60,500 bases of DNA, filler included, from 3 parts of 3 records of this genome joined end to end with filler, not necessarily neighbours in it, one strand, 5' to 3'; counted from the whole stretch's first letter, positions 47,701-57,994 are shown. The notes: generated from the sequence alone by a model not told the origin. Numbers and translations are program-made.

Positions 47701-48266
47701 GGGAAGAAATGGAACGCGGCGAAAGCGCCGAACAGGCGGCGTTTGATCGCCAGTCAGCAGAAACCGAAGCGCGGGATCTGGCTCGGGACTGGGTTGTCCT
47801 AAAGCTGGCCGGTGGCTTGCTTGATGCCGCCTTGGAGCGATACAGGCAGGGACGTTCCGATCCCGTGCTGGCCGCTGCCTCTGCCCATTTCAAGACGCTG
47901 ACGCGCGGCGCCTTTAACGGCCTGACGCAGCATTATGGTGAAGATGATGCTCTTGTTCTTTCAGCGCAAAGGGCAAACGGCGATGATGTGCCGGTTTCTG
48001 GTCTTAGCGACGGCACCCGGGATCAGCTCTATCTCGCACTTAGACTGGCATTTCTTGAGGACTATGCCAGCCGCAATGAGCCAGCGCCTTTGATCGTCGA
48101 TGATATCTTCCAGACATTTGACGATAGCCGTACAGAATCTGGACTTAAAGCATTGTCTGGCATTAAGGATGTTCAGGCGATTCTCTTCACCCATGAACGC
48201 AGCCTGGTTGAGATTGCCGGTAAAACACTGGGAAAAAGTGCCGATATCATTACCCTGGAAGGGTAA
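44784..48266 (+). CDS. YhaN/Rad50-like SMC-type ATPase (AAA_27)
   Basis: Walker A GPNEAGKS, long coiled coil, signature LSDGTRDQLYLALRLA, Walker B LIVDD, LFTH. Confidence 0.9.
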   Translation: MRFLSLDLIRYGHFSDRNIALRPDAGLHIIYGPNEAGKSSALAAISDLLFGVQTDGKSKRSSYSFLHEQKDLRIGATIKSPKGGLISFRRRHGRQKTLLEDTDHEKALNDDALAPYIGGLTREVFERAFGLDSERLRSGADEMLADGGEIGQLLFSAASGLTGLKEAGSTLIAEADQIYAPRKSQNRSFYQALDRYDAARKTERLHELNASDWNKLLKEEREIDDALGDLRKRQRSHQTRISDLQRLQQLRGLLAEMDRYAAALTDFSELETVPDETGERLEALRTEREKLDADATKKRTDLKAIMDSLTALHIDEKLLEKRSEISRLRLETALYSQAKERLPEAQKRLSETETALITRAQSLGLKPNTESEKLCPDNMLRTSIKETLDEGRQLQRDEKTAHEALAENRETLENLQQRSEGEQLVDPSPLRRRYDALRPEMALLAEADQLVTEVDKRERQLVDDAAAFRPLIGNIFDLSIAVLPSLEDIRRHRDTIAHAQQKLRESESVLATLLEERSALEQAIAGDRRGAELPSRLDIDAARRHRDALWEEIEDHIGIPVCDWPMRWDRQYRDAVSEADNLGDRVLTDAEQVARRADMLTRHEAVTSKYKDAETTVTERRSDLENARAAYSALFSDAEITPANPDGMLEWRRNIDGLIERRSELLALKARLKKLNTGKDALRESLSSIVETIDVSVDRAMPLVALTRFVEVEIQRLADRWENAREHEANLTAARQNMARSQAVLQRLEERQKVFSARLSSLLKQTGLAGDSTLAAVAAALDIWDSVPELIQSREGLKQTIGRDQALIAMFEQSVVSVVKQVAPNLAGNAPDQALEALDKRIAEQTEFQARKQGLSENAAMLDRDLDNINEKLSAIDTELHAIISVLPPDIDPQQLPQRIRERIHVQHNLNEARRRFGESSNGANEDAVRMMANELDHIACNLEIDALKADERDDAIALETLLDRRSTCRRRREEMERGESAEQAAFDRQSAETEARDLARDWVVLKLAGGLLDAALERYRQGRSDPVLAAASAHFKTLTRGAFNGLTQHYGEDDALVLSAQRANGDDVPVSGLSDGTRDQLYLALRLAFLEDYASRNEPAPLIVDDIFQTFDDSRTESGLKALSGIKDVQAILFTHERSLVEIAGKTLGKSADIITLEG

Positions 48267-48272
48267 AATCTA

Positions 48273-48806
48273 TCACCCATCGATGCCGTTCTTATGCTCG
48301 TCTGCTGGTTTTTCATCGCTCTTGCCACGGCGACTGATATTGGTTCTGGCTTCAAGTTTTTGGAGAAGAAACAGAACTGCAAGCCCCAGCACTGAGCCAA
48401 ATATGCCGAGGGCCCAGAGACCGAGACCTATTGTCAGCCCGATAGCACCTGAAAACCAGAGCCCCGCGCCGGTCGTGAGTCCTTTAACCGTACCTTTCTG
48501 AAAGAACACGATACCTGCAGCGAGAAAGGCAACACCTTCGGTAATTGCCTGGATGACACGGGTCGGATCAATCCGCACCACGCTACTGTCTTCAGGCATC
48601 AGGTCAGGCAGCTGCGTTGACACGATCACGAACAGCGCGGCAGCGAGGCTAACGAGAATGTGCGTGCGTAAGCCGGCAGAATGGTTCTGGATTTCCCGCT
48701 CAAGACCAATCAGCCCACCGAAGAAAGAAGCACCAATCAGGCGCACAAACAGCACGCCCTGATCCGATAAAGCCTGACTGTGAAAGTCGGCGAGAATGGC
48801 CTGCAT
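48273..48806 (-). CDS. MgtC/SapB family membrane protein
   Basis: IGLERE....AGLRTHILV, DPTR, G.AFL.AG.., V.GLTT.A.LW. Confidence 0.9.
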   Translation of the reverse strand: MQAILADFHSQALSDQGVLFVRLIGASFFGGLIGLEREIQNHSAGLRTHILVSLAAALFVIVSTQLPDLMPEDSSVVRIDPTRVIQAITEGVAFLAAGIVFFQKGTVKGLTTGAGLWFSGAIGLTIGLGLWALGIFGSVLGLAVLFLLQKLEARTNISRRGKSDEKPADEHKNGIDG

Positions 48807-49055
48807 CGAAAACGGTTTCCCTCATATCTCCTGTTTTTTTCTAAAACCTCAATGCCAAACGTCTGGTCTTGTTCCCAGAAAAATATGGTAGCCGTGGCCG
48901 CAGGCATTGAAACGTCCATTGGGGAACATTTCACCTGGTTGGATATCTCGTATGGCCACATAGCCTGAAAAGGCGTGGCTATTCTCTTTCAAATGCAGGA
49001 CAGACTTTGGAAGCTTCAATCGCAACCTGATATTTTCGCTTCAAAGCCAAGCGGC

Positions 49056-49091
49056 AAAAGTAAACGCCGGCCCGCTTGTCGGACCGGCGTT
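49056..49091 (-). terminator. Probable ppa terminator
   Basis: AACGCCGG...CCGGCGTT stem followed by a T-rich tract on the minus strand. Confidence 0.6.
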
Positions 49092-49118
49092 ACAAAATGC
49101 CACGATGACAGAATAATC

Positions 49119-49649
49119 TTACTTCTGTTTTGCGCGTTCAATGGCTTCGACAATAAGCTTCTTGGCTTCATCGGCGCCATGCCAACCAAAGATCTTGACC
49201 CACTTGCCGGGCTCGAGGTCCTTGTAGTGCTCGAAGAAGTGTTCGATCTGTTTCAACTGGATTTCCGGAATATCCTCAGGTTCATGAACCTTATCGAAGC
49301 GGGCGCTCACGTCCTGCGAAGGAACGGCGATGATCTTTTCATCCTTGCCGGAGTTATCTTCCATCATCATGACGCCGATCGGACGGACATTGATCACGCA
49401 GCCCGGCATCAGAGGACGGAAGTTGCAGATCAAAACGTCGATGGGATCACCGTCATCGGAAAGGGTGTGCGGCACGAAACCGTAATTACCCGGATACATC
49501 ATCGGTGTGTAAAGGAAGCGATCCACAACCAGAACGCCCGCATCCTTATCCATTTCATACTTGATCGGCTGGCCGCCCATCGGAACCTCAACGATGACGT
49601 TGATGTCTTCCGGCGGATTCTTGCCGATGGAAATTGCTTCAATACGCAT
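49119..49649 (-). CDS. ppa: Inorganic pyrophosphatase (family I)
   Basis: [56 protein letters not shown]. Confidence 0.96.
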   Translation of the reverse strand: MRIEAISIGKNPPEDINVIVEVPMGGQPIKYEMDKDAGVLVVDRFLYTPMMYPGNYGFVPHTLSDDGDPIDVLICNFRPLMPGCVINVRPIGVMMMEDNSGKDEKIIAVPSQDVSARFDKVHEPEDIPEIQLKQIEHFFEHYKDLEPGKWVKIFGWHGADEAKKLIVEAIERAKQK

Positions 49650-49767
49650 TTGGACCTCCAAAGCAGGAAAATATCTGGTGCTGGATAATCAAATTCGAAA
49701 CGCAAGGCAACCAGCCGACATGACATACGGCAAATTCATGATCAGCCTGTCCTGTAACTGAGATGCT

Positions 49768-50274
49768 TTAGTCCCAGGAGAATGAGACCTTCCCCAAAGT
49801 TGCTGAGCCAAATCTGCTTTGGGAATATGCCAGCGGTTTACCGCCGAGCGCAGAGAAAAACAGCTTTGCCTGCTCCAGATCATCGAGTACCCAGCACATT
49901 GATCCATTACAACCAAGGGAACTCAAAAGGCGGCGAGCCTCTTCGAAAAGACGGCGACCGAAGCCTAAACCATGATATTCCGGCAAAAGATAAATCTCAT
50001 ATATCTCGCCTTCGGGCGGCAAAGCTCGTGCCCGGCTGAGGCCTACAGTGGCATAGCCAACAAGGTCACCCTGCACTTCCAGAACCAGAACTGTCGCTTC
50101 GCAGCAAACAGCACGGCGCCACCAGGCAACATTTCGACGCGTCATCATATCCTGAAGCGAACGATGGGGAATAATGCCCGCATAAACCTGTTGCCACGAA
50201 GTCCAGTGGACATTGGCTACTGCTTCTACATCGGCCATTTCAGCAGGCCGGACATCACTCGAAAGGATGCGCAT
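49768..50274 (-). CDS. GNAT family N-acetyltransferase
   Basis: VRPA...D, GEIYEIYLLPEYHGLGFGRRLF. Confidence 0.85.
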   Translation of the reverse strand: MRILSSDVRPAEMADVEAVANVHWTSWQQVYAGIIPHRSLQDMMTRRNVAWWRRAVCCEATVLVLEVQGDLVGYATVGLSRARALPPEGEIYEIYLLPEYHGLGFGRRLFEEARRLLSSLGCNGSMCWVLDDLEQAKLFFSALGGKPLAYSQSRFGSATLGKVSFSWD

Positions 50275-50390
50275 CACAACAACCCGGCTATATTCTTCCA
50301 ATCTGTACAAAGGATACGACAATCATGGCGCTTTGCCCATCACAAAACTCTGATCGCCGGCATAAACGGGAAGTCAAAAGCGAAAGCACA

Positions 50391-51422
50391 CTATGAATTA
50401 CGACGGTTTTTAAAGTTTTCGATCGCTGTATCAAGAATACTTTCCAAGGCCCTTTGATCATCAAAAATCGTCATAACGGACAGAACGCGACTTTTTTGGC
50501 GCAAGGCAACCAGATCCGGATCAACAGCACCGGCAAGTCGCGCATAATCTTTACTGGTCGTGACCAGCTGTGCTCTGTGTTCTTTGGCTTCCAATAATAG
50601 CGAACGCGCAAGAGCAGAAGAAAACACCTGATGATCGGCCAAAGGTCGCATTTGAACGACTTCGGCACCAATCTGCCTAAGAGTAGAAAAGAATTTCTCG
50701 GGATGGCCGATACCCGCATACGCAATGACCCGAACTCCGGTGAACAGCGGCCCTTCTTCATTTGTGACGGTGCGAACACACGCAAGCTGAGCACCCTGCC
50801 CTGACATGAATGACACCAGGGCACCGTCCTGATCTTCATTGCCGTTCAATACGACAAGATCAGTCTTTTCAAGCTGGATCGGCAACGGCGCACGTAACGG
50901 ACCGGCCGGAATGCAGCGGCCATTGCCCAGCCCGCGCTGTGTATCAATTACAGCGATAGAAAAATCCCAGAACAGTTTCCCGCTTTGAAGACCATCATCC
51001 ATGATGATCAGATCAACGCCGTTTTCCTTCAACAGTTCGGCAGCGTCGGATCGTGCCGGAGAGACAGCAGTTGGCGCAGTTTCCGAGAGCATAAGCGCTT
51101 CGTCGCCGACATCGTAAAATGTGTGACGGCTATGATCCACCAACGTGGCCCGCTGCACTGCCCCACCAAAACCACGCAAAACGAATCCGGGATTAAAACC
51201 ACGTTCCCGTGCATAGCGGGCAAGACTCTCCGCAAGCGGCGTCTTACCAGCACCACCAGCAGTGAAATTGCCGATACAGATGACAGGAATATCAATCTTG
51301 TTTTTTGCCACCGGACGCATGCGTGCACCAGAAACAGCTCCATAAAGCCATGAAACCGGCGCAAGAAGTGCTCCGGACAGGCTACCTTGTTTCCACCAGA
51401 ATGAGGGAGCCTTGGTCAGCAT
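50391..51422 (-). CDS. lpxK: Tetraacyldisaccharide 4'-kinase
   Basis: PVICIGN.T.GGAGKTP, GDEA, MDDGLQ, GNG...PAGPLR, AGIGHPEKFF, TT.KD. Confidence 0.93.
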   Translation of the reverse strand: MLTKAPSFWWKQGSLSGALLAPVSWLYGAVSGARMRPVAKNKIDIPVICIGNFTAGGAGKTPLAESLARYARERGFNPGFVLRGFGGAVQRATLVDHSRHTFYDVGDEALMLSETAPTAVSPARSDAAELLKENGVDLIIMDDGLQSGKLFWDFSIAVIDTQRGLGNGRCIPAGPLRAPLPIQLEKTDLVVLNGNEDQDGALVSFMSGQGAQLACVRTVTNEEGPLFTGVRVIAYAGIGHPEKFFSTLRQIGAEVVQMRPLADHQVFSSALARSLLLEAKEHRAQLVTTSKDYARLAGAVDPDLVALRQKSRVLSVMTIFDDQRALESILDTAIENFKNRRNS

Positions 51423-51473
51423 AACGAATTAAAACTCTCTGGATTCGAGCCAGTGCAGGAAATGAGAACGTGC

Positions 51474-52868
51474 TCAGCGCAACGCCTTGCTCGGCTGAGG
51501 TTCTGGAACCCTTTCCATCAAATCAGCGGTTCGGCGGGCACTCTGCTTCACAGATCTCGACTTGGAGCAAAAACGGGCCTCCAGAATCAACGGCGCAAGG
51601 TAGCGTTCCAAGCCTTTCATCGTGCGGGCAAGTGCGCCACGCATTTCCCGCACTGTCTCAAAACCAGCAGAAACCATTGCATCACATGCGTTGGAATCAC
51701 GCAAAAGCAGTTCAACCGATTGTCGTAAAGCCTCGGTGCTGTCGACCGTGCGCACTGCGCCACGCTGGCGCAGTCGCCGATAGGATTCTCTGAAGTTATC
51801 AACATTGCGACCGGTCAGAACGGCAGCCCCGAGCATAGCTGGTTCGAGTGGATTTTGCCCACCCCTGGCCGTCAAAGATCGACCCACAAAAGCGATACGC
51901 GTCAGGCGCAGATAAAGTCCCATATCACCCATCGTATCACCCAGAAGAATATCCGTATCAGGCCCGATCGGATCTCCACTGGATCTACGGGAAACCTTTA
52001 GCCCTTCACCAACAAGCATGGCCGCGACAGCGTCGGCGCGATTGGGGTGCCGGGGAACAATAATCGTCAGCAAACCGCCAAAACGGGATTTCAGCGAAGT
52101 GTGCACTTCGGCTGCCGCTTTCTCCTCGCCGTCAAACGTGGAAATGGCAGCCCAGGAGGGACGATTGCCAATAACCTCCTGCAAGTTTTTCACAGCATCA
52201 GGATCAGCAGGCGGGGCCTCACGGTCCACCTTGATGTTACCGGAAACACTCACATTCAATGCGCCAAGATCAGCAAAACGCTCTGCATCAAGGTCGGTTT
52301 GCGCCAAAATGCAGGCAAAGCGGGAAAACAGACTGCGCGCCAGTTCTCGGCGGAACATCCACCGATCAAACGAACGGTCAGAAATGCGACCGTTGACAAT
52401 AACATGCGCAATGCGTCTGCGGTTAAGTTCGGCGATGGTCACCGGCCAGACTTCGGTTTCCACATTGACCGCCAGATCCGGGTGCCAATGGTCCAGAAAA
52501 TTCTTAACGGCCGGCGCTGAATCGACGGGAACATACTGGTGTAGAATTCGATTGCCGAAACGTTCCTCGGCCAGCTTGGCAGACGTCACGGTACCCGTGG
52601 TCAGCAAAACGTTTATGCCGTAGCTCCGGATCATTTCAATCAATGGTGCAACCGCCAGCGTCTCCCCCACGCTTGCCGCATGAATCCATACGAGAGGCCC
52701 TTCAGGGCGCTTCACGGCAGCCCTGCCAAGGCGCTCATTCAGCCTTTTCCGATCTTCCTTGCCCTTTCGGACACGGTAGAAAAGAAGCGGTTTTAGCAAA
52801 GGGTAAAAAGCCACCCCTGCAAACCGATAGCTGTGTTGAGCAATCCATGTCGAGACACTGAATTTCAT
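51474..52868 (-). CDS. waaA: Kdo transferase
   Basis: WIHAASVGE, NGRISDRSF, IVPRHP.R, DTMG.M, GGQNPLEPA. Confidence 0.94.
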   Translation of the reverse strand: MKFSVSTWIAQHSYRFAGVAFYPLLKPLLFYRVRKGKEDRKRLNERLGRAAVKRPEGPLVWIHAASVGETLAVAPLIEMIRSYGINVLLTTGTVTSAKLAEERFGNRILHQYVPVDSAPAVKNFLDHWHPDLAVNVETEVWPVTIAELNRRRIAHVIVNGRISDRSFDRWMFRRELARSLFSRFACILAQTDLDAERFADLGALNVSVSGNIKVDREAPPADPDAVKNLQEVIGNRPSWAAISTFDGEEKAAAEVHTSLKSRFGGLLTIIVPRHPNRADAVAAMLVGEGLKVSRRSSGDPIGPDTDILLGDTMGDMGLYLRLTRIAFVGRSLTARGGQNPLEPAMLGAAVLTGRNVDNFRESYRRLRQRGAVRTVDSTEALRQSVELLLRDSNACDAMVSAGFETVREMRGALARTMKGLERYLAPLILEARFCSKSRSVKQSARRTADLMERVPEPQPSKALR

Positions 52869-53125
52869 GGGCCGTCCATATGACCTTGCATCGTAAAACG
52901 ATCATCGGCAATCGCAACCGCCACGCGATTCGCGACTAATGCAATCGATAATAGCATACTTACTTGTGACAATACAAAGATTGTAAAAAGCCGAAAATCA
53001 GTTTCCTGCCCGGGTTTCATGCGACGTTTACCCGACCATATGCAACAGCCATTACAACAATTTCCGCTTCCCCCGTTGTGGGTCAAGAAGACGGCAAAAT
53101 CATGGACGCCCGTACAGCACAGAAA

Positions 53126-53359
53126 TCAGTTTTCGGGATCAAGAAGGCGATGAAGGTGAACGATGAAGTAACGCATATGCGCATTATCAACTGTCTGCTG
53201 CGCCTTGGACTTCCATGCCGTATGGGCAGCTGCGTAGTTCGGATAAATACCGACAATATCAAGTGCTTCAAGATCGGTAAAACGCAGACCTTCAAGGCTT
53301 TCAAGCTCGCCGCCAAAGACGAGATGAAGGAGTTGTTTGTTTTCTGCATGGTCAGCCAT
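53126..53359 (-). CDS. DUF4170 family protein
   Basis: QLLHLVFGGEL...DIVGIYPNY..A..AWK.KAQ.TVDNAHMRYFIVHLHRLLDP. Confidence 0.88.
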   Translation of the reverse strand: MADHAENKQLLHLVFGGELESLEGLRFTDLEALDIVGIYPNYAAAHTAWKSKAQQTVDNAHMRYFIVHLHRLLDPEN

Positions 53360-53425
53360 AGTGAGCCTCACTTACTGGTTTCTCACAATTATCAAAGCTT
53401 CGTGTCGCGGGTTTGACTGTGATTG

Positions 53426-54277
53426 TCAAGTTTGATGCCCTGCACCAAAATGCCGCAATAAAGTGGTGGTCAGCGCATTGTTTCCGGCGAACAAGACGCC
53501 TTGAGACACGCTTGAACGGTTGTAGGTGAGCGGCAGCCCCTGAGCATCGCACAGACGCGCACCGGCACGATCCAGAATGATATCTGCAGCGGCCAGATCC
53601 CAGTCATGCGAATCCTGCCTCACCAAGGTTCCATCCAGACGCCCATCGGCAACCATTGCCAAGCGATAGGCAAGAGAAGGAATGTGATCTGCCGGTTTGA
53701 TACGCCCTGCGAAATCTGCATCGAACTGTCTGTTCAAACTGGCGGGCAGGCAGATATCAACTGTATTATGCGCATGTATTGCATCCTTCTGCGATGCAGC
53801 AATCACCGCACCATTCTTCAAAGCCGGACCGTCCGCATGTGCCTTGAAAACCTCACCCAGAGCAGGAGCGACCAAAACCCCCGCAACAGGTCGTCCGTGA
53901 CAGACAACAGCGACACTGACCGCCCAGTTCCGCCGCCCCTTCAAAAAACCGCGTGTACCATCAATGGGATCGACAACAAAGACACATGCGCATTCAAGCC
54001 GATGTGCATCTTCTTCGCTTTCCTCCGACAGCCAGCCATAATCAGGCCGGGCCTTTCTCAAAATCTCCTCGAGTCGGGTATTTGCCGCGAAATCGGCAGC
54101 ACTGACCGGAGACTCACCACCGTTTTTCCACCAAACTTCCGGATCGTGACCGAAGTAGGATAATGCGACATCGCCGGCTTCAAGCGCTGCAGACTCAATC
54201 AGGGCAAGGTCATCGTTCAGATTTCCGGGTGTTTCGCGTGCAATCGTCACTGACTGAAGCCTTTCATCGGCCAGCAA
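53426..54277 (-). CDS. CysQ-like 3'(2'),5'-bisphosphate nucleotidase / inositol monophosphatase (start uncertain)
   Basis: SPVSAAD, WLSEE, VDPIDGTR, SLAYRLA.VA.G, WDLAAAD. Confidence 0.88.
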   Translation of the reverse strand: MLADERLQSVTIARETPGNLNDDLALIESAALEAGDVALSYFGHDPEVWWKNGGESPVSAADFAANTRLEEILRKARPDYGWLSEESEEDAHRLECACVFVVDPIDGTRGFLKGRRNWAVSVAVVCHGRPVAGVLVAPALGEVFKAHADGPALKNGAVIAASQKDAIHAHNTVDICLPASLNRQFDADFAGRIKPADHIPSLAYRLAMVADGRLDGTLVRQDSHDWDLAAADIILDRAGARLCDAQGLPLTYNRSSVSQGVLFAGNNALTTTLLRHFGAGHQT

Positions 54278-55610
54278 GGGTCAGGCCCTCTACGAGAATG
54301 CTGGGAGCTGCAACCGAGAAACGCCGGTCAATATCATTTGCCGGTGTCATTGCCATGAACATATCTTTCAGGTTTCCGGCAATTGTAACCTGGGAAACAG
54401 GATAGGCAATCTCGCCGTTTTCAATCCAGAATCCGCTCGCACCGCGTGAATATTCACCGGTTATCATGTTCACGCCCTGCCCTATCAGCTCTGTCACATA
54501 AAGGCCGGTACCGATTGCAGCCATCAGTTCCTCGGGACTCTCTTCACCCGGTTCAAGGATCAGATTGGTTGGCGACGCCGAAAGAGAATTGCCAGCCCGC
54601 GTGCCACGTCCGTTGGTTTCAAGTCCAAGTTCCCGACCGAGCGCTGTCGACAAAAACCAGTGCTGAAGGACGCCATCTTCAACCATCGTCAACCTTTCAC
54701 TGCTGACGCCTTCGCCGTCAAACGGCTGAGACCCTGCCCCGCGACGGATTGCCGGGTCATCAATCACATTCAATCCGGCCTTCAGAACTGGCTTTCCCAA
54801 CCGATCGCGCAGAAAGCTGGTTTTCCGGGTAACGGACGAACCAGAGATCGCAGCAGCCAGATGACCGACCAGACTTGTTGCAGGCCGCGATTCAAAGATA
54901 ACGGAGGCTCCATGACAGGTGTCGATCTGGCGCGGGGAAAGGCGACCAACGGCACGCTCACCTGCACGACGCCCGATATCCTCCGGCGCGAAGAGATCCG
55001 CATCAAATGCCCGTCCGTCCGAGTCATGGTCACGCTGCATCGCTGTCCCCTCACCGGCAACAGCGGAAGCTGAAACCGAAGAGAATGAACGCCGGTATCC
55101 GCCGGAAAAGCCCCCGGAAGTAACAAGCGCAAATGAAACACGGCCATTTGCAGCGCCTGCGCCGGAACTTTTGGTCACGCCGGCTACAGACAGTGACGCG
55201 GCTTCGGCAGCAAGCGCACGCTCAGCCAACATCTCCGGGCTGACTTCTGTGTCATCAAAGAGTTCAAGCTCCGGTATACCCGTCGCAAGACGGGCTTCAT
55301 CCGCCAGGCTGGCGAAAGGATCGACCGGCGAAACTTTGGCCATCGCCATCGCCCGTTCAACCAGGTCGTCAATATCGCCGTCGGTATTGGTTGAAACACT
55401 TGCAACACGGTTTCCGGCAAAAACACGCAGAGAAAAACCGCGATTCTCGGATGCCTGAGCGTTTTCACGCTGACCGTCGCGCACGGAAACGGATTGCGAC
55501 ACTCCCTCCGAGACAACGACATCGGCGGCATCGGCGCCGGCATTTTCAGCGACCTCCAGAATTCTGGAGGCTTTTTGGATCAATTCATTGCTATCTGTAT
55601 ATGAAGACAT
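54264..55610 (-). CDS. TldD/PmbA family protein (PmbA/TldE-like)
   Basis: PFDGEG, GVN..TG.YSRGASGFWIENGEI.YPV...TIAGNL. Confidence 0.92.
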   Translation of the reverse strand: MSSYTDSNELIQKASRILEVAENAGADAADVVVSEGVSQSVSVRDGQRENAQASENRGFSLRVFAGNRVASVSTNTDGDIDDLVERAMAMAKVSPVDPFASLADEARLATGIPELELFDDTEVSPEMLAERALAAEAASLSVAGVTKSSGAGAANGRVSFALVTSGGFSGGYRRSFSSVSASAVAGEGTAMQRDHDSDGRAFDADLFAPEDIGRRAGERAVGRLSPRQIDTCHGASVIFESRPATSLVGHLAAAISGSSVTRKTSFLRDRLGKPVLKAGLNVIDDPAIRRGAGSQPFDGEGVSSERLTMVEDGVLQHWFLSTALGRELGLETNGRGTRAGNSLSASPTNLILEPGEESPEELMAAIGTGLYVTELIGQGVNMITGEYSRGASGFWIENGEIAYPVSQVTIAGNLKDMFMAMTPANDIDRRFSVAAPSILVEGLTLAGR

Positions 55611-55712
55611 GGCTTGGCCTTTCCTTGCGCTTCCATTTATTGTTGACTTGGCAAAGCATCAAGTGCCGTCTTTTCAGGCTGGCAGTATTTCATCCAATTC
55701 AGGGACCGCATC

Positions 55713-57524
55713 ATGGTGACATCGCAGACATTGTTTACTGAAACCGTCTGGATGTTGGGCGCAGCCACAATTGCCGCCCCGATATTTAAAAGGCTCGGTC
55801 TCGGTACAGTGCTCGGCTATCTGGCAGGCGGCGTTATAATCGGACCGGTTCTGCAAGTCATCAAGAATGGTGAAGAGGTGTTGCATGTCGCGGAAATCGG
55901 CGTCGTGTTTCTTCTTTTCATGATCGGTCTGGAATTGAAACCTGCACGCCTTTGGTCCATGCGCAAGGATATCTTTGGTCTGGGTCTGGCGCAGGTCGTC
56001 CTGACCGGCGCTGTTCTCGTTCCACTTGCCATGCTTTGGGGTGTGGATGACTGGCGACCTGCCGTCATCATCGGCTACGGGCTGGCACTCTCGTCAACAG
56101 CGTTTGCAATGCAAATCCTCGACGACAGCGGCGACGTAAACACACGCTATGGCCAGCGATCGTTTTCGATGCTTCTGTTTCAGGATATCGCCATCGTGCC
56201 TCTTCTGGCGTTGGTCAGCATCCTCGGTGGCGGGGCAGAGGATGCAACCGGAATGGACATGCTGGTCAATGCCGGCATAGCGCTGATTGTGATCGCCTTG
56301 ATGATTGCAGCGGGCCGCTACCTGCTGACACCGATCTTCCAGATCATCGCTGCGACCGGCGCGCGCGAAGTCATGATCGTTGCCGCGCTGTTTCTGGTTA
56401 TCGGTGCGGCGATCACCATGCAGCTCGTTGGACTATCCATGGCAATGGGCGCATTTCTGGCGGGGGTCATGCTGGCTGAATCGTCTTACCGGCATGAGCT
56501 GGAGGCCGATATTGAACCCTTCCGTGGTGTCATGCTCGCAATTTTCTTCATCGCCGTCGGTATGTCACTGGAACTCAATGTAATCTATAACAATCTGGCA
56601 TTGGTTCTGATTGCCGTGCCTGTTCTGATCGCAGTAAAGTCAGCGGTTATCTACGGGCTTTGCCGCCTGACCGGTTCAGCGCATGAAGATGCAACCCGCA
56701 TTGCAGCCCTCCTGCCACAAGGTGGCGAATTCGGCTTCGTGATGTTCTCGACGGCAGCGGCGGCTGGCCTGTTTTCGAACTCTCTGGCCTCGCTCCTCAT
56801 TGCCGTCGTAACCCTTTCCATGGTCGCAACACCGCTTTGTGTGCGCCTCGCCGAACGACTGACCACGCGCCATCTGGATCGCCATGAAGAACTGGAGGAG
56901 GACTTTGAAGGCGCAGGTGACGAAGTGCTGATGATCGGCTTTTCCCGGTTCGGGCAGATCGCCGCGCAAATTCTTCTGGCAAGCGGTCGCGATGTGACGA
57001 TCATCGATTATTCTGCAGAACGTATCCGACAGGCCTCCGCCTTCGGCTTTCATATCTATTTTGGCGACGGCACCAGAAAGGAAGTCCTGATTGCCGCCGG
57101 CATCGAGAAAGCCAAGGTCGTTGCGGTTTGCACCCAGAAACGTGAAATCACCGACAGGGTGATAGATGTCATTCAGGAGAACTTTCCACGCGCTCACATT
57201 TACGCACGTTCCTATGATCGCGGCCACACGCTGGCCCTCAGGCAACGCGGCGTTGAATTCGAGCTGCGCGAGACACTGGAATCAGGCCTTGTTTTTGGCC
57301 GTGAAACACTGATTGCACTTGGAACGAGCGAAGACGAGGCACAGGCGATCACAGACGATATCCGCCGTCGGGACGCGCAACGCCTGGAAATTCAGGCGGT
57401 TGAGGGCATCATGGCCGGCTCGGATATGCTGCACACCTCGCCGGTTCGCCCGGAACCGCTGATGCGTCCCAAACGCCGCAACCTTGACCCGACAGTTAAG
57501 GTGACGGGCAAGGATCTGGCCTAG
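55713..57524 (+). CDS. CPA2 potassium efflux antiporter (KefB/KefC-like)
   Basis: LG.VLGYL, AEIGVVFLLF.IGLEL, LSSTA, LLFQD, YRHELEADIEPF, QGGEFGFV, KTN domain G.SRFGQ. Confidence 0.93.
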   Translation: MVTSQTLFTETVWMLGAATIAAPIFKRLGLGTVLGYLAGGVIIGPVLQVIKNGEEVLHVAEIGVVFLLFMIGLELKPARLWSMRKDIFGLGLAQVVLTGAVLVPLAMLWGVDDWRPAVIIGYGLALSSTAFAMQILDDSGDVNTRYGQRSFSMLLFQDIAIVPLLALVSILGGGAEDATGMDMLVNAGIALIVIALMIAAGRYLLTPIFQIIAATGAREVMIVAALFLVIGAAITMQLVGLSMAMGAFLAGVMLAESSYRHELEADIEPFRGVMLAIFFIAVGMSLELNVIYNNLALVLIAVPVLIAVKSAVIYGLCRLTGSAHEDATRIAALLPQGGEFGFVMFSTAAAAGLFSNSLASLLIAVVTLSMVATPLCVRLAERLTTRHLDRHEELEEDFEGAGDEVLMIGFSRFGQIAAQILLASGRDVTIIDYSAERIRQASAFGFHIYFGDGTRKEVLIAAGIEKAKVVAVCTQKREITDRVIDVIQENFPRAHIYARSYDRGHTLALRQRGVEFELRETLESGLVFGRETLIALGTSEDEAQAITDDIRRRDAQRLEIQAVEGIMAGSDMLHTSPVRPEPLMRPKRRNLDPTVKVTGKDLA

Positions 57525-57540
57525 GCCCGCCTTTTCGCGT

Positions 57541-57799
57541 TCAAAACTGCTTCGTATCAACCGATGTCACGACCGAAAGTCCTGGTGTCAGTTGGTCTGA
57601 GCCTTTCTGTCCTGGTTCAATTGCGATGCGAACGGGAACACGCTGTGCACCCCTGGTAAAGTCACCGGTAGCATTGTCCTGTTTGATGATTGAAAACTGC
57701 GAACCAGTGACAGGCGAAAAGTGTTCGATGCTACCGGTAGACGTTATCAGTGCGCTCAACGCTTCTGGCCAAAGTACTCTGGTTAATCCGCTCACTCAT
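57541..57799 (-). pseudogene. EmrA/HlyD family periplasmic adaptor relic
   Basis: C-terminal motif SP.TGSQFS....NATGDFT...QRVPVRI...L.PGLSV..V. An N-terminal ERTDNVY motif (cf. ESTDNAY) lies in another frame. The central domains are absent. Confidence 0.75.
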
Positions 57800-57994
57800 G
57801 TCTGGCCAAAAACGTTAAGACACGGGCACGTGCATAGGTCAGCCCCAGTTCAGAGACGCGGGCATTATAGGCGTTGCGGATCTTACGGCTGGCGACACCA
57901 AAAGATTCCAGAAAGACGGCATATTGGGATGTGAGTTGATCAGACATATTGATAGGCCACTATTACTTAACAGGCTATTCATTAGCGCACCACT

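Noticed and set aside
48975-49688. 237-aa plus-strand ORF
   Set aside because: Antisense shadow of ppa.
52865-53086. 73-aa ORF between DUF4170 and waaA
   Set aside because: No RBS or family similarity. It is probably the waaA promoter region.
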